This document shows, in pieces, positions 12,783-26,600 of a stretch of DNA of 64,000 nt. How positions within the stretch are numbered: position 1 is the stretch's first letter; every line of letters starts with the position of its first letter. The translations under genes were made by a program, and so were the position numbers. Source of the stretch: Tubulanus polymorphus (Eukaryota; Animalia; Nemertea); assembly GCF_964204645.1 (NCBI RefSeq), contig NC_134025.1, forward strand, positions 4,650,001 to 4,714,000, read 5' to 3'. The notes under the pieces were generated by a model. The model was given only the letters and a program-made list of their open reading frames with translations. It searched no databases and was not told the DNA's origin.

Positions 12783-13973
12783 TTATACATATTCGTTTAA
12801 GTCTGTCATCAAGATGAAATTGATAAGGAACTGTGGTAAACGTAGACGATGAACATTATCGTCAATTCTTTTACCAAGAAGACCTTTAATTTTCAATCTA
12901 CACAGCGATTTTAATGGAAATGGATTGTCCAAAACCTCGTGTAACCAATTCAACATATCCGGCCATCGTGTTTGTAATTGTTCATCTACTGGTTCATCAA
13001 TAAGATGCCCGACTTCCCCATGTGCGCAACCAGCTACGATCATCACTTTTACGATATTCATATGGCCGTGTCTATAGGCATCGATGGCGGCTACCTTACT
13101 TAAATCGTGGTTCTTTTGAATGAGAAATATGACGACTTCAGCTCTGCCATGAACAACAGCCTCGTAAAGCGGTGACGTAACACCGTCCATGGTGTCAATG
13201 TTTGCACCTTTTTTGAACAGTTCATCCAGGCATCCCGCGTGACCTTTTGTCGCCAAAATATGAAAAGCGGTCTTACGAGATTCGTTATGAAGATTTACAT
13301 TGCACATATCAGCAGACAGTAGAGTTTTAATCATGGCACAAAGTCCTTCAGAAGCAGCCAAAATAAGCGGAGTATTTCCATGTTCGTCTTGTGCGTTGAC
13401 ATCGCATCCGGCAGAGATCAAAAGATCGACACCTTTTAGTCTGATAACGGCGTAATGAAGAGCGTTGCGTCCTTTGGAATCCTTTAGGTTTACATCAGCT
13501 CTCGCCTTAATTAGTAATTTCACGATCTCGTGCATACAATTGCTAAAACGAACGGCATTAATCAAGGGAGTTGCCCCTTCGTCATCTCTTACGTTCGGAT
13601 TGGCTTTACCGCGTGATAATAGAATATCAACTGCTTTCGCATTTCCAGCACGCGCTGCAACGTGTAGGGCGGTACTTCCATATCGACATCTTCCATTGAT
13701 GTCAACTTTGTCAGTTTCCACCAAGGTGACCAAAACATCGAAAAGCTTACAGTTTTGTGCAGCCAGCGCAGACGGTGTCATATTAGCCCTGTCATATATA
13801 TTAACATTCGCTCCATGGTCAAGTAAAATTTTCAAACATTCGACGAATCCATTTTTTACGGCCACGAAGATGGATCTTTCCAAGTCGTCTGAATGTATAG
13901 GAACTGCGAGCAACAGCGGCAGCACCGCGGTGCGGTTATTGCGAACAGCATCACAAACTCTGTAAAGAGACAC
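12783..13973 (-). CDS. Ankyrin repeat and SOCS box protein (ASB-like); true start probably in a short upstream exon near 14145-14200
   Basis: About 9 ankyrin repeats (GSTALHVAA, GATPLINAV, GNTPLILAA) and a C-terminal SOCS box (PFPLKSLCRLKIK...LPQFLINFI). Listed ORF begins at a GTG next to a tttacag acceptor; candidate ATG at 14200. Confidence 0.88.
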   Translation of the reverse strand: MSLYRVCDAVRNNRTAVLPLLLAVPIHSDDLERSIFVAVKNGFVECLKILLDHGANVNIYDRANMTPSALAAQNCKLFDVLVTLVETDKVDINGRCRYGSTALHVAARAGNAKAVDILLSRGKANPNVRDDEGATPLINAVRFSNCMHEIVKLLIKARADVNLKDSKGRNALHYAVIRLKGVDLLISAGCDVNAQDEHGNTPLILAASEGLCAMIKTLLSADMCNVNLHNESRKTAFHILATKGHAGCLDELFKKGANIDTMDGVTSPLYEAVVHGRAEVVIFLIQKNHDLSKVAAIDAYRHGHMNIVKVMIVAGCAHGEVGHLIDEPVDEQLQTRWPDMLNWLHEVLDNPFPLKSLCRLKIKGLLGKRIDDNVHRLRLPQFLINFILMTDLNEYV

Positions 13974-16900
13974 ACTAACTCAGAGGCGCATTTTACGAAA
14001 GCGTCGTATATCAAATAGGTTTCGAAAGTCTTTTTTCTTGTGACACGATCTTATCATAAATCGACAAGCATGGTATGAAAAAGTAAGCCCATCGGTAAAT
14101 AGATATATCAAACATACAGTAACTGCAGTGCAGTATTAGTACCTACCCTGCCATCTTCAGCGGTTACGATGAAGTAATAGCTCGAGTTATTTTTATCCAT
14201 GGCAGCCTCTACTGATGCATCATACATATCCTCTGCAGCGTTAATATTAACTCTTAGAAAAAAATTCGCCATAACGCTGAACCTCTGCCGATTTATATGG
14301 AATTTTTGGATGTGAACAATATGTGTCTATCATTCCTGGAGATGGCCATTAGGATATAGTCCAAATATTGAATCAAATAAACTATTAGCTCAAAGGAAGC
14401 ATTCGGGATTTGATTTTTCAGTATTAGTGGTATTCTCTATAAATCATCACCATAGCATGGACAGAACGTTACACTAATGGTTATGGGTGCCTAGCTTCTG
14501 CCACCAACAAGAATCCTCCCGTATTTGCCATGTTGAGTCATATGAAATGCATTAAATATTCTTAGTCTTCATGAATTTTTGAATGCATATTTCATCCGTC
14601 TCCTCGTAAAATGAATGATCATTGCTCTCCTTCTCAAGACTAAACTAACAACACAATTAAAATATAGTGTAAAAACGTTTTATTTTTTTTCAAATATCAT
14701 GTATACAAATCTGAACACTGGAATGTTTAACTATAGTCAAAGGAATGTGATTAGCAAACGATGAAATACAGTACAATTCAATTCACACGACTGAAGCGTT
14801 TAACACCACACATATAGATCAGAATAACGTTGACGTATGTATTCACTTAAGTAACATCATTGCTTTTCTGAAAGCGTAGTTAAGACCCACTTGAACTCAA
14901 CGGCATTAAGAAATTCATTAATTCATTCAATTCATGATGCGCCTAGCTAATAAAAGAGTCGAGTTGACTGCATTGAAACCACAGTTAGATCAGTGATTCG
15001 GATGTTCTTTATCACCTTCAAATACGTACGTACAAGTCAGATTTCAAGCTTTAAGTTGTTCAATCTAATTATTGCCCAACATTTGTACACACGATATTAT
15101 CCCTCATAATTATTCTATATAAATATTCATATGATTTCCACTTCAATTGGGCCATTATATAAAAATCAATATCAATCATTAATAATAAGAGACCAAATTT
15201 TGTACATCATTGTTGATTATTCTCAAGTTCTACATGGACAGTTTATACAAATATAAGAACATATAATTTTTATGTATAAGTTATATATATATATATATAT
15301 TACAGTAGTTAAATATCATATAAATATGAAAACATCAACCGATACCTATCAATAGGGAAGCTAACCTAGTCATATACCAAAATATATATTATTTATCATA
15401 TTGATTTACTTACGTTATAATTAGATTAATTGATTGATTGATCAAGGGACATAATCGATCATCAAATCACTTAACAGTACGTTTAATTTCACACAGAAAC
15501 CTACATCAAAGGTTTAATACTCATTTCAACATTAAGCAATGAATTTTTAACTTATTAATCCTCAGATCAGTGTATTTTTTGCACTAGATCCTTTTCATTT
15601 TTGGTGGCAAGAAATAAAGATTTCTATCTACAATTTTGTTAAATGAATATTTTTACTTAATAATAATATATAAAACAGCTCTCGTTTCGGGCTATATCCA
15701 TATAAAAATGCGATGATATGTCTTAAGCTAACTAATTAAAACTAAAAAGAATGTTAAGAATACATAATTTAGTGAAGCAAATTTAGTATAACAGTTGGAA
15801 TGACAGCAGAATAGTTTAATAATAATTCAAAATATAATTTTGATAAATAAATAATACAGAAAAACAGCTTTGGCAGACTTCAGTTCAGTGTCAAAATTGT
15901 TTTATTTCATCTTCTTTTAATTCTAATTTCTATCAGCAATATCAACAAAATATTTCCAAAGATATTCAAACACAATATCCAATTGGCTGATGGAAGTAAA
16001 AAGAAGTGGATACGCAACACCATGAAGAAGCTGATCAAGCTGATAAGAAGTGACACCTATTGAGCATCACACACATTACAAGACAATCTACGTAACATAT
16101 CTTTATTATAAAAGTGAAAACTTTTGGAGGGAATGAGAAGAGTATTTGTCTTAGTATAAAGACTAATGAAACAATATGTAGCTAGACAATAAACATGAGC
16201 TACTGCATTTAATAAGAATATGCAACAATTAGCTGTCTAGGCAGCTGACGAGTTCTGAGCTAATAATCCGGTAGTCTGCTAAATTTGAGCACAATTTCTT
16301 TTTTCAAACCTGAAGGATCAGCAAGATGTAGAGATCAAGAGGGTGAGATCAGCTCAATAACATATATGATTACTTTCCAAAAAGCTGCTAATATAATGCA
16401 ACTTTTGCTCGGATTTGAAACTGATGACACATTGGCAGATAAATACCCTCAGGTTCAACTTTTCAATAAGGACCAAAGAAAATCTGTATTGGTTTTTGCA
16501 TAAATAAGTCCAATTCTTATCGATAATTCAAATGGAAGTTCAATAGTCTGAAATAGTCAGGCCTAGTGTTTAGATGGATGGAGCCAAAAATTCATATAAG
16601 TGTTTTTGAATGTTTGATAGTACAGATGATTTCAACTTAACAATAGTACTGGTACTTGAATTAGAAGAAAAGTGTAATAATGTTTAGAATTATATAACAA
16701 CCTACACACGAATTGTGACTTTTTAAAGGCGAAACTTAAGAAAACCTGATTGAATTCACTTCAATATGTACATCTCATAAGCAAAACCATGATATAAAAT
16801 CTATACATGAATCTTTTTAAGTTACAAATAGGGGAAAAAATAAACTAAAGTCTCTCATCACAGAAAATAATACAATAATTGATTTAAACTGAACTGGCTA

Positions 16901-17089
16901 AAAAATCTACTTCAAAAATTTTCATCGGTTAGCACCTCAGGCATTCAAATACTGCAGGATGACAATGTGGAATTCACCATCATTCATAACTATGAAATTC
17001 TTCAACATATTACGCTTTTTAGGACAATTTACCTAATGAGAAACTCATCAGTTAAATAATGCGTTATCGCGACTGAAATTGACTCTCAA

Positions 17090-17237
17090 GCGGATCCAGG
17101 GTGGAAATTTTCAGTGCCTCATCAACCAAAAAGGCCAACCACTTAAAATATTACGTGGTTCAATTTTTCACATCGAGAATGGTGTAGTTATTGAAATTGT
17201 ATTCCACTAGAGGTTCGAGGCGTAGCTCTGGATCTGC
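17090..17237. repeat. Possible degenerate MITE-like element with short terminal inverted repeats
   Basis: GCGGATCCAG (17090-17099) and CTGGATCTGC (17228-17237) are 9/10 inverted matches about 150 bp apart. Confidence 0.3.
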
Positions 17238-17656
17238 CGCTGTTGCGTAATGCAGCCTAAGGCTTGCCATACACATGCACGTGTTGGAATCAGTGTTTCC
17301 ACTAAGTGCATGCATTCAGCTCTCCGCTCATATACAATGACACCGCTTCTTATTTCCGTGTCAAACTGAAGCTAGGTCGCCTAGTAACCGAATAGCGTTT
17401 CAAAAAGAGAAATTTTCAGCTTCGAGCTTTTGTGTAAACTCTCTCGACACTGATCTAAAAGCCTGATGGTAATGCAACTTAAGTTAAGTTCTCGATGCGT
17501 GATTCCTGTTCCTAGCGCTGGATGTAATTGTATCACGCGATGCATTGATTGCTAGCCAGCGATTTTAGGAAATAATTCTCTTTATACAGCATTATATGAT
17601 TGATATATTACATGTTCGTATATGTATGGAATGGATGGTGCGAGTATCGTCGGGTT

Positions 17657-20600
17657 TTAGTTTCGGACGAGTAGATGATAAGCTGCCAGTAGCGCGGAAA
17701 CAAGCACCGTATTCACTGTAATGGCAGCGGCACCAGCAAGACGACACTTATACAAGTGATACCTGAAATTACAAACATCCTTTATTACTTACACGATCCA
17801 ATTTCTTCAACATTTCAGTTAAAACTGAATTATTAATGAAAACTATACCAATCTTTAGAGTAGAAAAATGAATTTAATGTTTATATGGAGGGTCCTGTGA
17901 GGGTCCTATTGATTCGGGAGTCTAAAAATTCAGATAATTTTGACAACGCAAGACCCAAGTAAGTGCTTGTCACGCCATCTGGTGGGATAGCTGGTACGCA
18001 GAAACCTTAGTATCGTATGTATGAAAGCAGTTAATCTGATATTAGCAAAGTTGCTTATCAATTTCCAAAATATAGAAAAATTCTCTGAATCTAATTTCAT
18101 ATTCGGATTTTTTGGCCGCACTGCATTGTCCAAATTGTGCGAGTTTTACTGTATTTGCATTCAATGGCGAGCCGATACCTTCATTCAGATGTTGTCTACA
18201 ATAACTACGACAAGAGGGAATAGAGAGAGAGAGAAGATGTGACAACTACGTGAAAGAAAGAGTAGTCAGGCTGAAATAATATCGGCACTGGGTATATATA
18301 CGAGCGAGTTAACAAGTCACCAAGGTTACCGCAGACACACAATGTTGATCAGGGAATACGCGTCATTAAGAGGTGTCTAAGTGGAGACCGTGACACATCA
18401 GTAACTAAGTACTGGTCAGTAAAACATTGTATCGTTAAAAACAAATACTGCATAGCTCGAGTTTATCACCGATCAGATATGAAGGTGAGCCTTGTTAACG
18501 ACGGTATCAACTGAACGTACCTGTGATTTTCGCCAGCCATCATTTTTCGGTACTCTTCCTCCATGGCTTGACCGTCGAAATACCACGACCGTTCGTCGTT
18601 GAACGGATACTCGTAATTCTGACGACATTCGCACTTATATCCGCCGAGTTTATATTTGAGTGCTTCGAGAGGCATACACTGCAAAACATACACAAATCAT
18701 CACAGAACATTTAACTAGTATACCGTCGTTGTCATTATTTTTTATGGAGGAAGAATCTTCCATTCATCCTTTGAAGCACTAGGGGGCCATTCATTTATTA
18801 TTCATGCATAAGGTGAAGAAGGTACCGCCAGAGGTATATGAGCGAGTAGGTCCATTAACTGAAGGATTTGCATAAGCAATAAATGGATGAACCCGATCCA
18901 AGGTTGTTAAATAAGCACGATAAGTAAGGATATTAAATTGTTGATTTTATAGCGATTACACATGAAACCAGTCCGATTGAATAATTATGGATGGTGCTAA
19001 AGCAGAACTTAGTTGCTGAGAAGGCAAGCTGGTTACAGTCGTTGGCATGAGGCACTGAGGGAACATCACATTATAATACAGGTGACTATTCCGCCAGTGC
19101 CAAGCGCCACCATACTGCTATCAAGCAGGATATATAGGTTCCCATAGACCGCAATATATTAGCGCAATAGGCCTCGTGACTTAAAAGCAAAGAAATGGAC
19201 ATGCATGACTGACTTCCACTGAAGATGTAAGAAATTAGTACAGTAGAATTCACTCGAATAGACGACCCAATCACCGGTGTAATGAACAATGTATATCCCT
19301 AATGGAACGAGCTATTCAATAATCTATTAATAATTAAACCGAGCTTGCACAATACCGAGGATTTCTAGAACTCGAACATGTGATCTGTTAACTGACTGTT
19401 GATGAATGTACATTAATGCTAACTAATCTAAGCATCATCTCATGAGCCACAAAGTTCATTTTAAGAACGCAGTATGGAAACATGAAAGATACGAATTTCT
19501 CGTTACATCCCTCAATAGCGAGTAGGATAATGAATGGTAGGTTTTTTTAACTAAATGATCAAAGTGAACATATTTGTAATCGTCGTCTGTATAACGATAA
19601 GAAGAATTTCAGTCAGAGAAAAAGAAAACATTTCTACCATAGTGCCAACAGCGTACAATAGCCGAGTTTGATATACCAGGTAACACACTAGTGCCTATTA
19701 GTCATCAGCTAGCCATGTAAATTGTCATGAAAATCTTCCTCACGAAGAGCATAGTATAAAGGGAGCTACACTACACTAGTGTCTACACAGCTTACCACAT
19801 ATCAATTTCAAAAGCGTATAATATATTGGAGGCAGAATTGGCAGTTGTCAATAAAGGATGTGATTTCAAATTATATCACAATTTGGCGACAAAATCCGAC
19901 ATCTAACCACGGTCAGCGCAGGAGGCAATACTTGTTGAAATTGAGAAGCAGAGGTGACGAAACTGACTAAATACAGCATTTATCGGTTCAAAGCCTTAAG
20001 ACACTCGAACGGCTGTATTTAAGTTCGAAGTACAAATAGGCACTAGATAGTGATGGCTGAGAACGGTATAATCCATTTAAGAACTACAACACTCATATCG
20101 ACAATCGCTCTTCTTTAGTCCGATGTACGCGTAATGCTAAGAGGATTACCACGGTAGCTGAATACGGGTTCTACGTCTGAAAGCCAGCCATCTACGGAGA
20201 CAGATCTCGTCCAAGCAACACCTTTTATAACCTTAAACCTTCCACCTATATGTGATTGATATTTTGCTTAAATGAATTGTTGGCCACTATTTCACTTACC
20301 ACTTGACTTTCGTAGTCACATTTGGCCGTGTTCTTGAATGCGTTTGGAATGTAAAAAGGCTGTGGACATTGATTAATATCCATATCATCCAGTGACACCG
20401 TTACAGTAACGACACCCCTAAAATATAGAATTACTTCAATTAGAAATAGCTCCTTGACTCGGAAACGTATACGTAAACAGAGTATGACGCTTGGACTCTT
20501 ACTTGAAAACGTGCTTTGTTCTGAGGTTATTAAATCCGAAGAATGGGACGGAGTAAGTGAGCAACCACAGATCGAAACGTCCATCACATTTGAAGAAAGG

Positions 20601-23600
20601 CACGGACCAGTGACCGTCGTCGATATTCGGCGCGCGATAATACACCGGATAATGTTCGAATCGTCGAATAGCCGAACCGTTAATATCCGCACGCACCATC
20701 GGCTTAATCGTGAACTTTTCCAAACCGTACGAGTTCGTAGCCCAGCGTGATTTCACTGCCGTGTAGAATGGTTCCTCGGTGTACAGGGTCTTCAAACCGG
20801 CCTGATCTTCGGCGTTATACTGAAGAGAGTCTTGCGGCGTACGCCACGCGTACGGTCCGAAGTATTCACGCGTCGATCCGTTACGATGCCGGAACTGATC
20901 GCGTTCCCAATAACAACCGCTCGCGAAGATACGATTATCGCCCATCGTGTTCGCGATGACTTCGCCGAATAATTGCTCGACCGCTAGGTATTTGTCACCT
21001 TTCAAAATACCGTATTCCTCGGGGATGTCGACGTTCTGTAGGAACATGCTGATGAAATGAGCTAAACGCAACGCGACACGAGCCTGCATCTCGAACTTCA
21101 CCTTAGCTCCGTACGCCATATCACCTAAAAGTTAATAATACTTATAAAGCGCCGATTTGAAACCGATCACGTCTCACCGTCGGTCAAACATTATTCACCA
21201 GGGCACAGAAAGTTTCATTCGCGATTAAAATCAATCGATGAACATAAACTATTCCGAATACTCACCCGGTAATTTCAGCTCTTCGCCATCGAGACCTTTG
21301 CAAGTCTTCTGAGTGACGCTGTATTTCTTATCGAGCAACTTAGTCAGTTTATCGTTAGCCTCAACGTTAAAGGCAGCACGTGCGTTCAATAAGTTGTAGT
21401 TCGCCGACAAATAACGCTTTTTACGTGACTTTATCTTTGACTTTTTCTCTCCTGGTAACTGCGACTGTGCCTCGTCAGCGTCGCGCTTGAACCGGGAAAC
21501 CAGATGCTGTTTCTTCTTATCAGATATCGCTTTCGGCTTCCTAAAATGAACACGAATATACAATGCAATGTGTGAAGCGGAATACGTACGATGAATGAAA
21601 TCGATTTCATATAAGAACTAGGAACAATCATTCTTCAGCTAACATCTTAATCACGTTTCATGAAATTTCATAAACTGGGAATGGAATTGCCTGAAGACGG
21701 CAAATCAACACCGCGGCACTTAGCTAATGGAATGGCAATAATTTGATTTCACTGATAGAAGAAATCATTACAATAAGCAATTCAAGCCATAAATTGTTCA
21801 ACTTTTAAAATCTTAGCGAGCATAAAAGGAGCAAATTAGCACTTAAATTTATTAGAAATCCTCTCATTTTTTTTACACTGAAAGAAATTGTATATTTCAG
21901 AGTTGAATAGATCGACTATGATAGACTAATGAAACAGTAAACCTTACTCATTAGCCGGGGTTTGTTTCATTGTAACGACTGGCGCAATGCTCTTCAGGTA
22001 ACGATTCAGAACGGCTTCTCTGTGAATCCTAAGACGTTCTTCGCGTTCTTCTCGCAATCGGTTTTCTCGACGCGCTCGACCTTCGGGCGTCGACATTTCT
22101 TCGACGATGCGTTTTTCGTCGGCTAAACGTTTCTCTTTCAATCCGAGTTCGAATTTAGCGTCTTCGATATCTCTTTCCCTCCACTCGATCTCCAGATCGT
22201 GAATACTATCGGAAACGTCGCGTTTCTTGCGTTTCATACCACCGGTGTTTTTAACGGGGTTCACTTGCCTCACTGAAACATTCGAAGTTACGAGTTAAAA
22301 CAGTACATCACACGTTCGGTAAAATACAAATGATTCAACCTCGTTAAACTCTTACCAACTGGGACCTGCAAAATTAGTCTCAGTGAAGTTCGAGTTTAGT
22401 GAAGGATTGAAAAATAAGATAGCCAATCAGAAAATCTCATTTTGTCCTGGCTAGTAAAGAGTCAGAGTGAGGCGAGGTATACAGCACTACTGTATACAAA
22501 GTTTTCTCAAAATTATTAATAAAATTAATCTATTAATCATGGGGATTGTAACTTTTTCAAGGTGGCAAGACGAAAAGATTTCCTCAACGATGGCAATTTT
22601 TCCCAGTACCATCAATAATGTCATCTGAGAACAGTGATAAAAATGTGTATAGATTTTAACGCATATCTGCAGCTGACAGTAACTGAAGTGTTCGGAGGGA
22701 AGATTCCCCGTGTGTCGCCAGAATTTAAAACCCTTATCAATCGTTGACAAAGCATGTACTTACGCCCAACAGCGAGGCAATCAAATCCGCTGTCATATTC
22801 CTCTTTTATGGATTGTTCTATATTTAGTCCAAGGTAAGCGTGTCTTTGGAAGAATGGATATCGATATCCGGATCGACACATACAAGTATAACCACCTCGT
22901 TGGAAACCGAATCCAGGCAATGGCTCGCACTACAAGACAAAATGATGGAAACTGGAAAATACATGTAGTTTCGATGTTTTCTGCGAAACAATCTGCATGA
23001 CTTAAATAACAAGAAGGTTAAAGCTACACAGCGCTCGGTGTAACAACGCACATGCTGGTGAATTTGGAGGCCCTCCAAAATATTTTTGCTCCCCCAAAAA
23101 ATAGATTTTGTTGAAAATTACACGCAGCATGATTTCTGACTCCGACACCTGATTAAAAAAAAATCTACACTAAAAATGTGTTCAATTTAATTAGTACTGC
23201 ATCATAAACGTTTTATAACTGAACTAATGCCAAACTTCAACGAAATAAGTCAAATCCGTAGTGCCGGGCCCGTCCCTGATATTAACTTTAAACTAGCAAC
23301 AAATCTTATGCTATTTGAAAGACCGGGCAAGATAAAACAAATATTGATATCAATCGCAAGTGAGGTTGACATTCTTATCTTAAGGTTAGATTGCTAAATT
23401 ACCCGTACAAGTATACAGAGATATCGCTATGTATCGTATATAACTCATTATCACATTAACTTTTCATACACCAAAAAGAAAGCTGATGAAAAAGTTATTA
23501 TCATATCAATATCACGCAGGCTACTATTCAGTGAATGCTGCTGCTGCGGCGGCATTATCAATTTTCCAAATATTTTTCATCAATCAGCGCAAGTTAGATT

Positions 23601-26600
23601 ATTTGCCGACTGCGAGCTAGGAGCGGTGTTCTCGCAGCTAACGGCAGCTTTCTCTCTCTCGTACACGAGCGCAGCACAACTATCATTAGTGAAGATTGGT
23701 ACCCTCAGGCCAAACGGTGAGAGACATTCGACGGATATCTCAGCAGTTCGATGCAGCTGAAATACACTTTCCTTACCCATACGAGCCGAATTGGTGAATG
23801 TTCATCAGCACTTTAGAACGATAGGAAAATTTGATACCAACCCGTAACAAAATCATCATATACCAACAATGTACGAATCTATAAGCAAAAATTTATTATT
23901 CAAAAGTTGTTTCCTCCATTTTTAATATCTAAATAATAAATATTGCTTTTAAATTTGTACATTGTCAGTTTCTATCATCTATTCACCAGGTTTCAGTGTG
24001 GCTGTTCTACCACTAAACCATCAACCGTGAATTACTTACGAGGGTTCTGGGTTTACAGCGCGCAGTTCCGGCGAATTTGTTAGGCGGCGCATTTCCGCGA
24101 CTGATCTGACACTGGTTGATGTCGAGTTTGATGAAATCTATGTCCATGACGACGACAGCGACGAACCTGTCGACGAGAACAATGATGATTTTAAAAACGC
24201 AATTATTACGAAAATCGACGACGAAACATAACAACAAAACTCTTTGAATTATTGCCATAAAAATGGATTTTTATCAAAAATGTCGTCTAATGGTACGCAG
24301 AAAAATCGTGCGTACAAGTGATCTATCATACGGAATATGTTTCTAGCGCGTATATACGCATATTCATCAGCATCATAAATATCGCCATTCATAATCAACG
24401 AAATCCCTTGATATATTTCAATTGCTTTTTTTCTCTAAATGTTTGCCAGTCCCGAACAATTTCACAGCTAATAAATCAACGCGAGCCCCGATGTTTCTGG
24501 ATGACAAGTTTCTGACTGGTAATTGTCGACTGCGTCGGAAATTTACATTTTCATAGGATCATCAACGACACAATAAATACCCTAAAACGTAAATCTTTCC
24601 GGTCCATTAGTAAGTTTTATGCATTTGCGATTGAGAACTGGGGGCCAGAAAGGGGTTATCTGCTGTTAAACTAGGGTTGGAATTAGAGGGGACAGTGAAG
24701 GCTGCGCCCCTTTTCTTCAAACTAGTGTTGTTGAAAAAACATGAGAGCGTACGTGTAAGGAAAATACCAGAATTCATTTTTTTGATAATAATTCATTTTA
24801 TTTCTTTTCATTTTAAATGCCCACTTTCCAAATACTCTAGATCCACCTGGTAACCAGGACAGGGCAGGTTCATGAATTTTTTTGTTCATCGCTCAGGCAA
24901 AAATGCTGATGATGAAACTCATAGTTTCTAAGATTTCAACGGCTTAAAAAAATTCTCCAAGCCGCCAGAAGCCATTAAATAGCTCTATGACATTCTAATC
25001 TTCGGCGGTGCTTCATCCCCCGCAAGCCGTATATCCCAAACTACACGCAAAATGTCTCTATTTAGAGAAAAAAAAAATAGTGATAGCTATCAATGCAGTA
25101 TGGTTTATTCTGGTCACATAGAAACTTGTTTAATTAATGTCAGGACTAGGTATACATGATTAATATATGCGTAACTGGTTACCAGTTAATCCCAGTTCTC
25201 AAGTTACTGTTTATCCGTAGAAAGCCCAGCTGAATTCGCCGTGTAATTATATTTCGTAGTCGCCCGGGTTTCTACTCGGTCCGTTATCGTTATTATTCAT
25301 CGACATACATAGCGGACAACATAATAAATATGAATAATGATGATCAATTATCTTATATTATTTGCTATTTTATCAATTACAAAATTGCAACCGCGATATA
25401 AAACACATTGCGTGCTACACGCGTACACGTAATTCTAAAATCAAATTACCAAATATAATGATGCCGGTGGAAACGGATGCCGGAAAAAAATGTCACGTTT
25501 TCCGAAATTGAGAACTGCCAACATTAGATGATCATTAAGGATTCCACTTATGGCAAGCGAGGATATGCCAGATTTGCTAGTAAAAAGTGTGGCTGTTTTT
25601 CCCCCAACGATTACCTCGCATGCGCTTTGTTTTCTCTGACTCGATCTGCTAAGAATCCAATCGATTAACACAGTCAATACGTGAGATATAGACGGATAAT
25701 GTTTTATAGGGATATTTCATAGCAATTCTAAAACATTTCCTTCTTTAAACAAAATTTCCCGACTATTAAAAGAAACCTTTGAAAATGAATAAAAATTCAC
25801 GGACATCCAGGTAAGTGGTCACCCAATAGTAGTTACTCTCGTCTTCAGTGTTCAATTCCACATTTTGATAGAAATTTTCTCACAAATAACTAAGACAAGT
25901 AATTACTAATGAAAACTTTAAATACGAATCACTGAGCAGAAACATTAATTCAACATATAATGTGGTCGTCTAGTCCAGTAGTGATAATGTATGGATTGGG
26001 GAGCCCCAAAAATTCAGTTCAAAGCATAGGCCTATAAGACCGATAACAAGTCACGCCACCTGGTGGGATAGTCTGGCCGATGGTATTGCGGATCGTCGTT
26101 TTCTAGATAATGGTCGAGTGAGAATCAAATCGACGCGCATTAATCCGATATCTACCAGTAACAGAATCCACTCAAGCTTTAGCTAAACTCGGCGTTGTTA
26201 TTGCGACTTGGAAACGCGACGCAAATCGAATTACTCTTCAATGAAATCGCGTCAACGGATCATTAGTAGTATACCATAGAACACAAACACGGCTTAAAGG
26301 GCCCCAAACGTACCATCAATAAATATTAAACATCGAAGTTTGCCACATTCTACCAAGTCTTCTATCAAACTGATCATCGAGGGCATCAATAAATCACAGT
26401 CGATCCTAAAAAGTGTAGGTTTCTTTTACAAGGCTCGATCACGGTCCCTATACAGATCAACCATTCCTGGATATAAGTTTACAAGGAGTTTCAATTTCAA
26501 ATTTCGAGTAAGCGTCTGCATCTAGAATTCTCCTAAATCGGTACTGTTCATATCAAATTTTAATCTTTATATGAAAATAAATGGGTGCAACACAAGCGAG

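Noticed and set aside
13465-13965. 166-aa plus-strand ORF
   Set aside because: Antisense shadow of the ankyrin/SOCS CDS.
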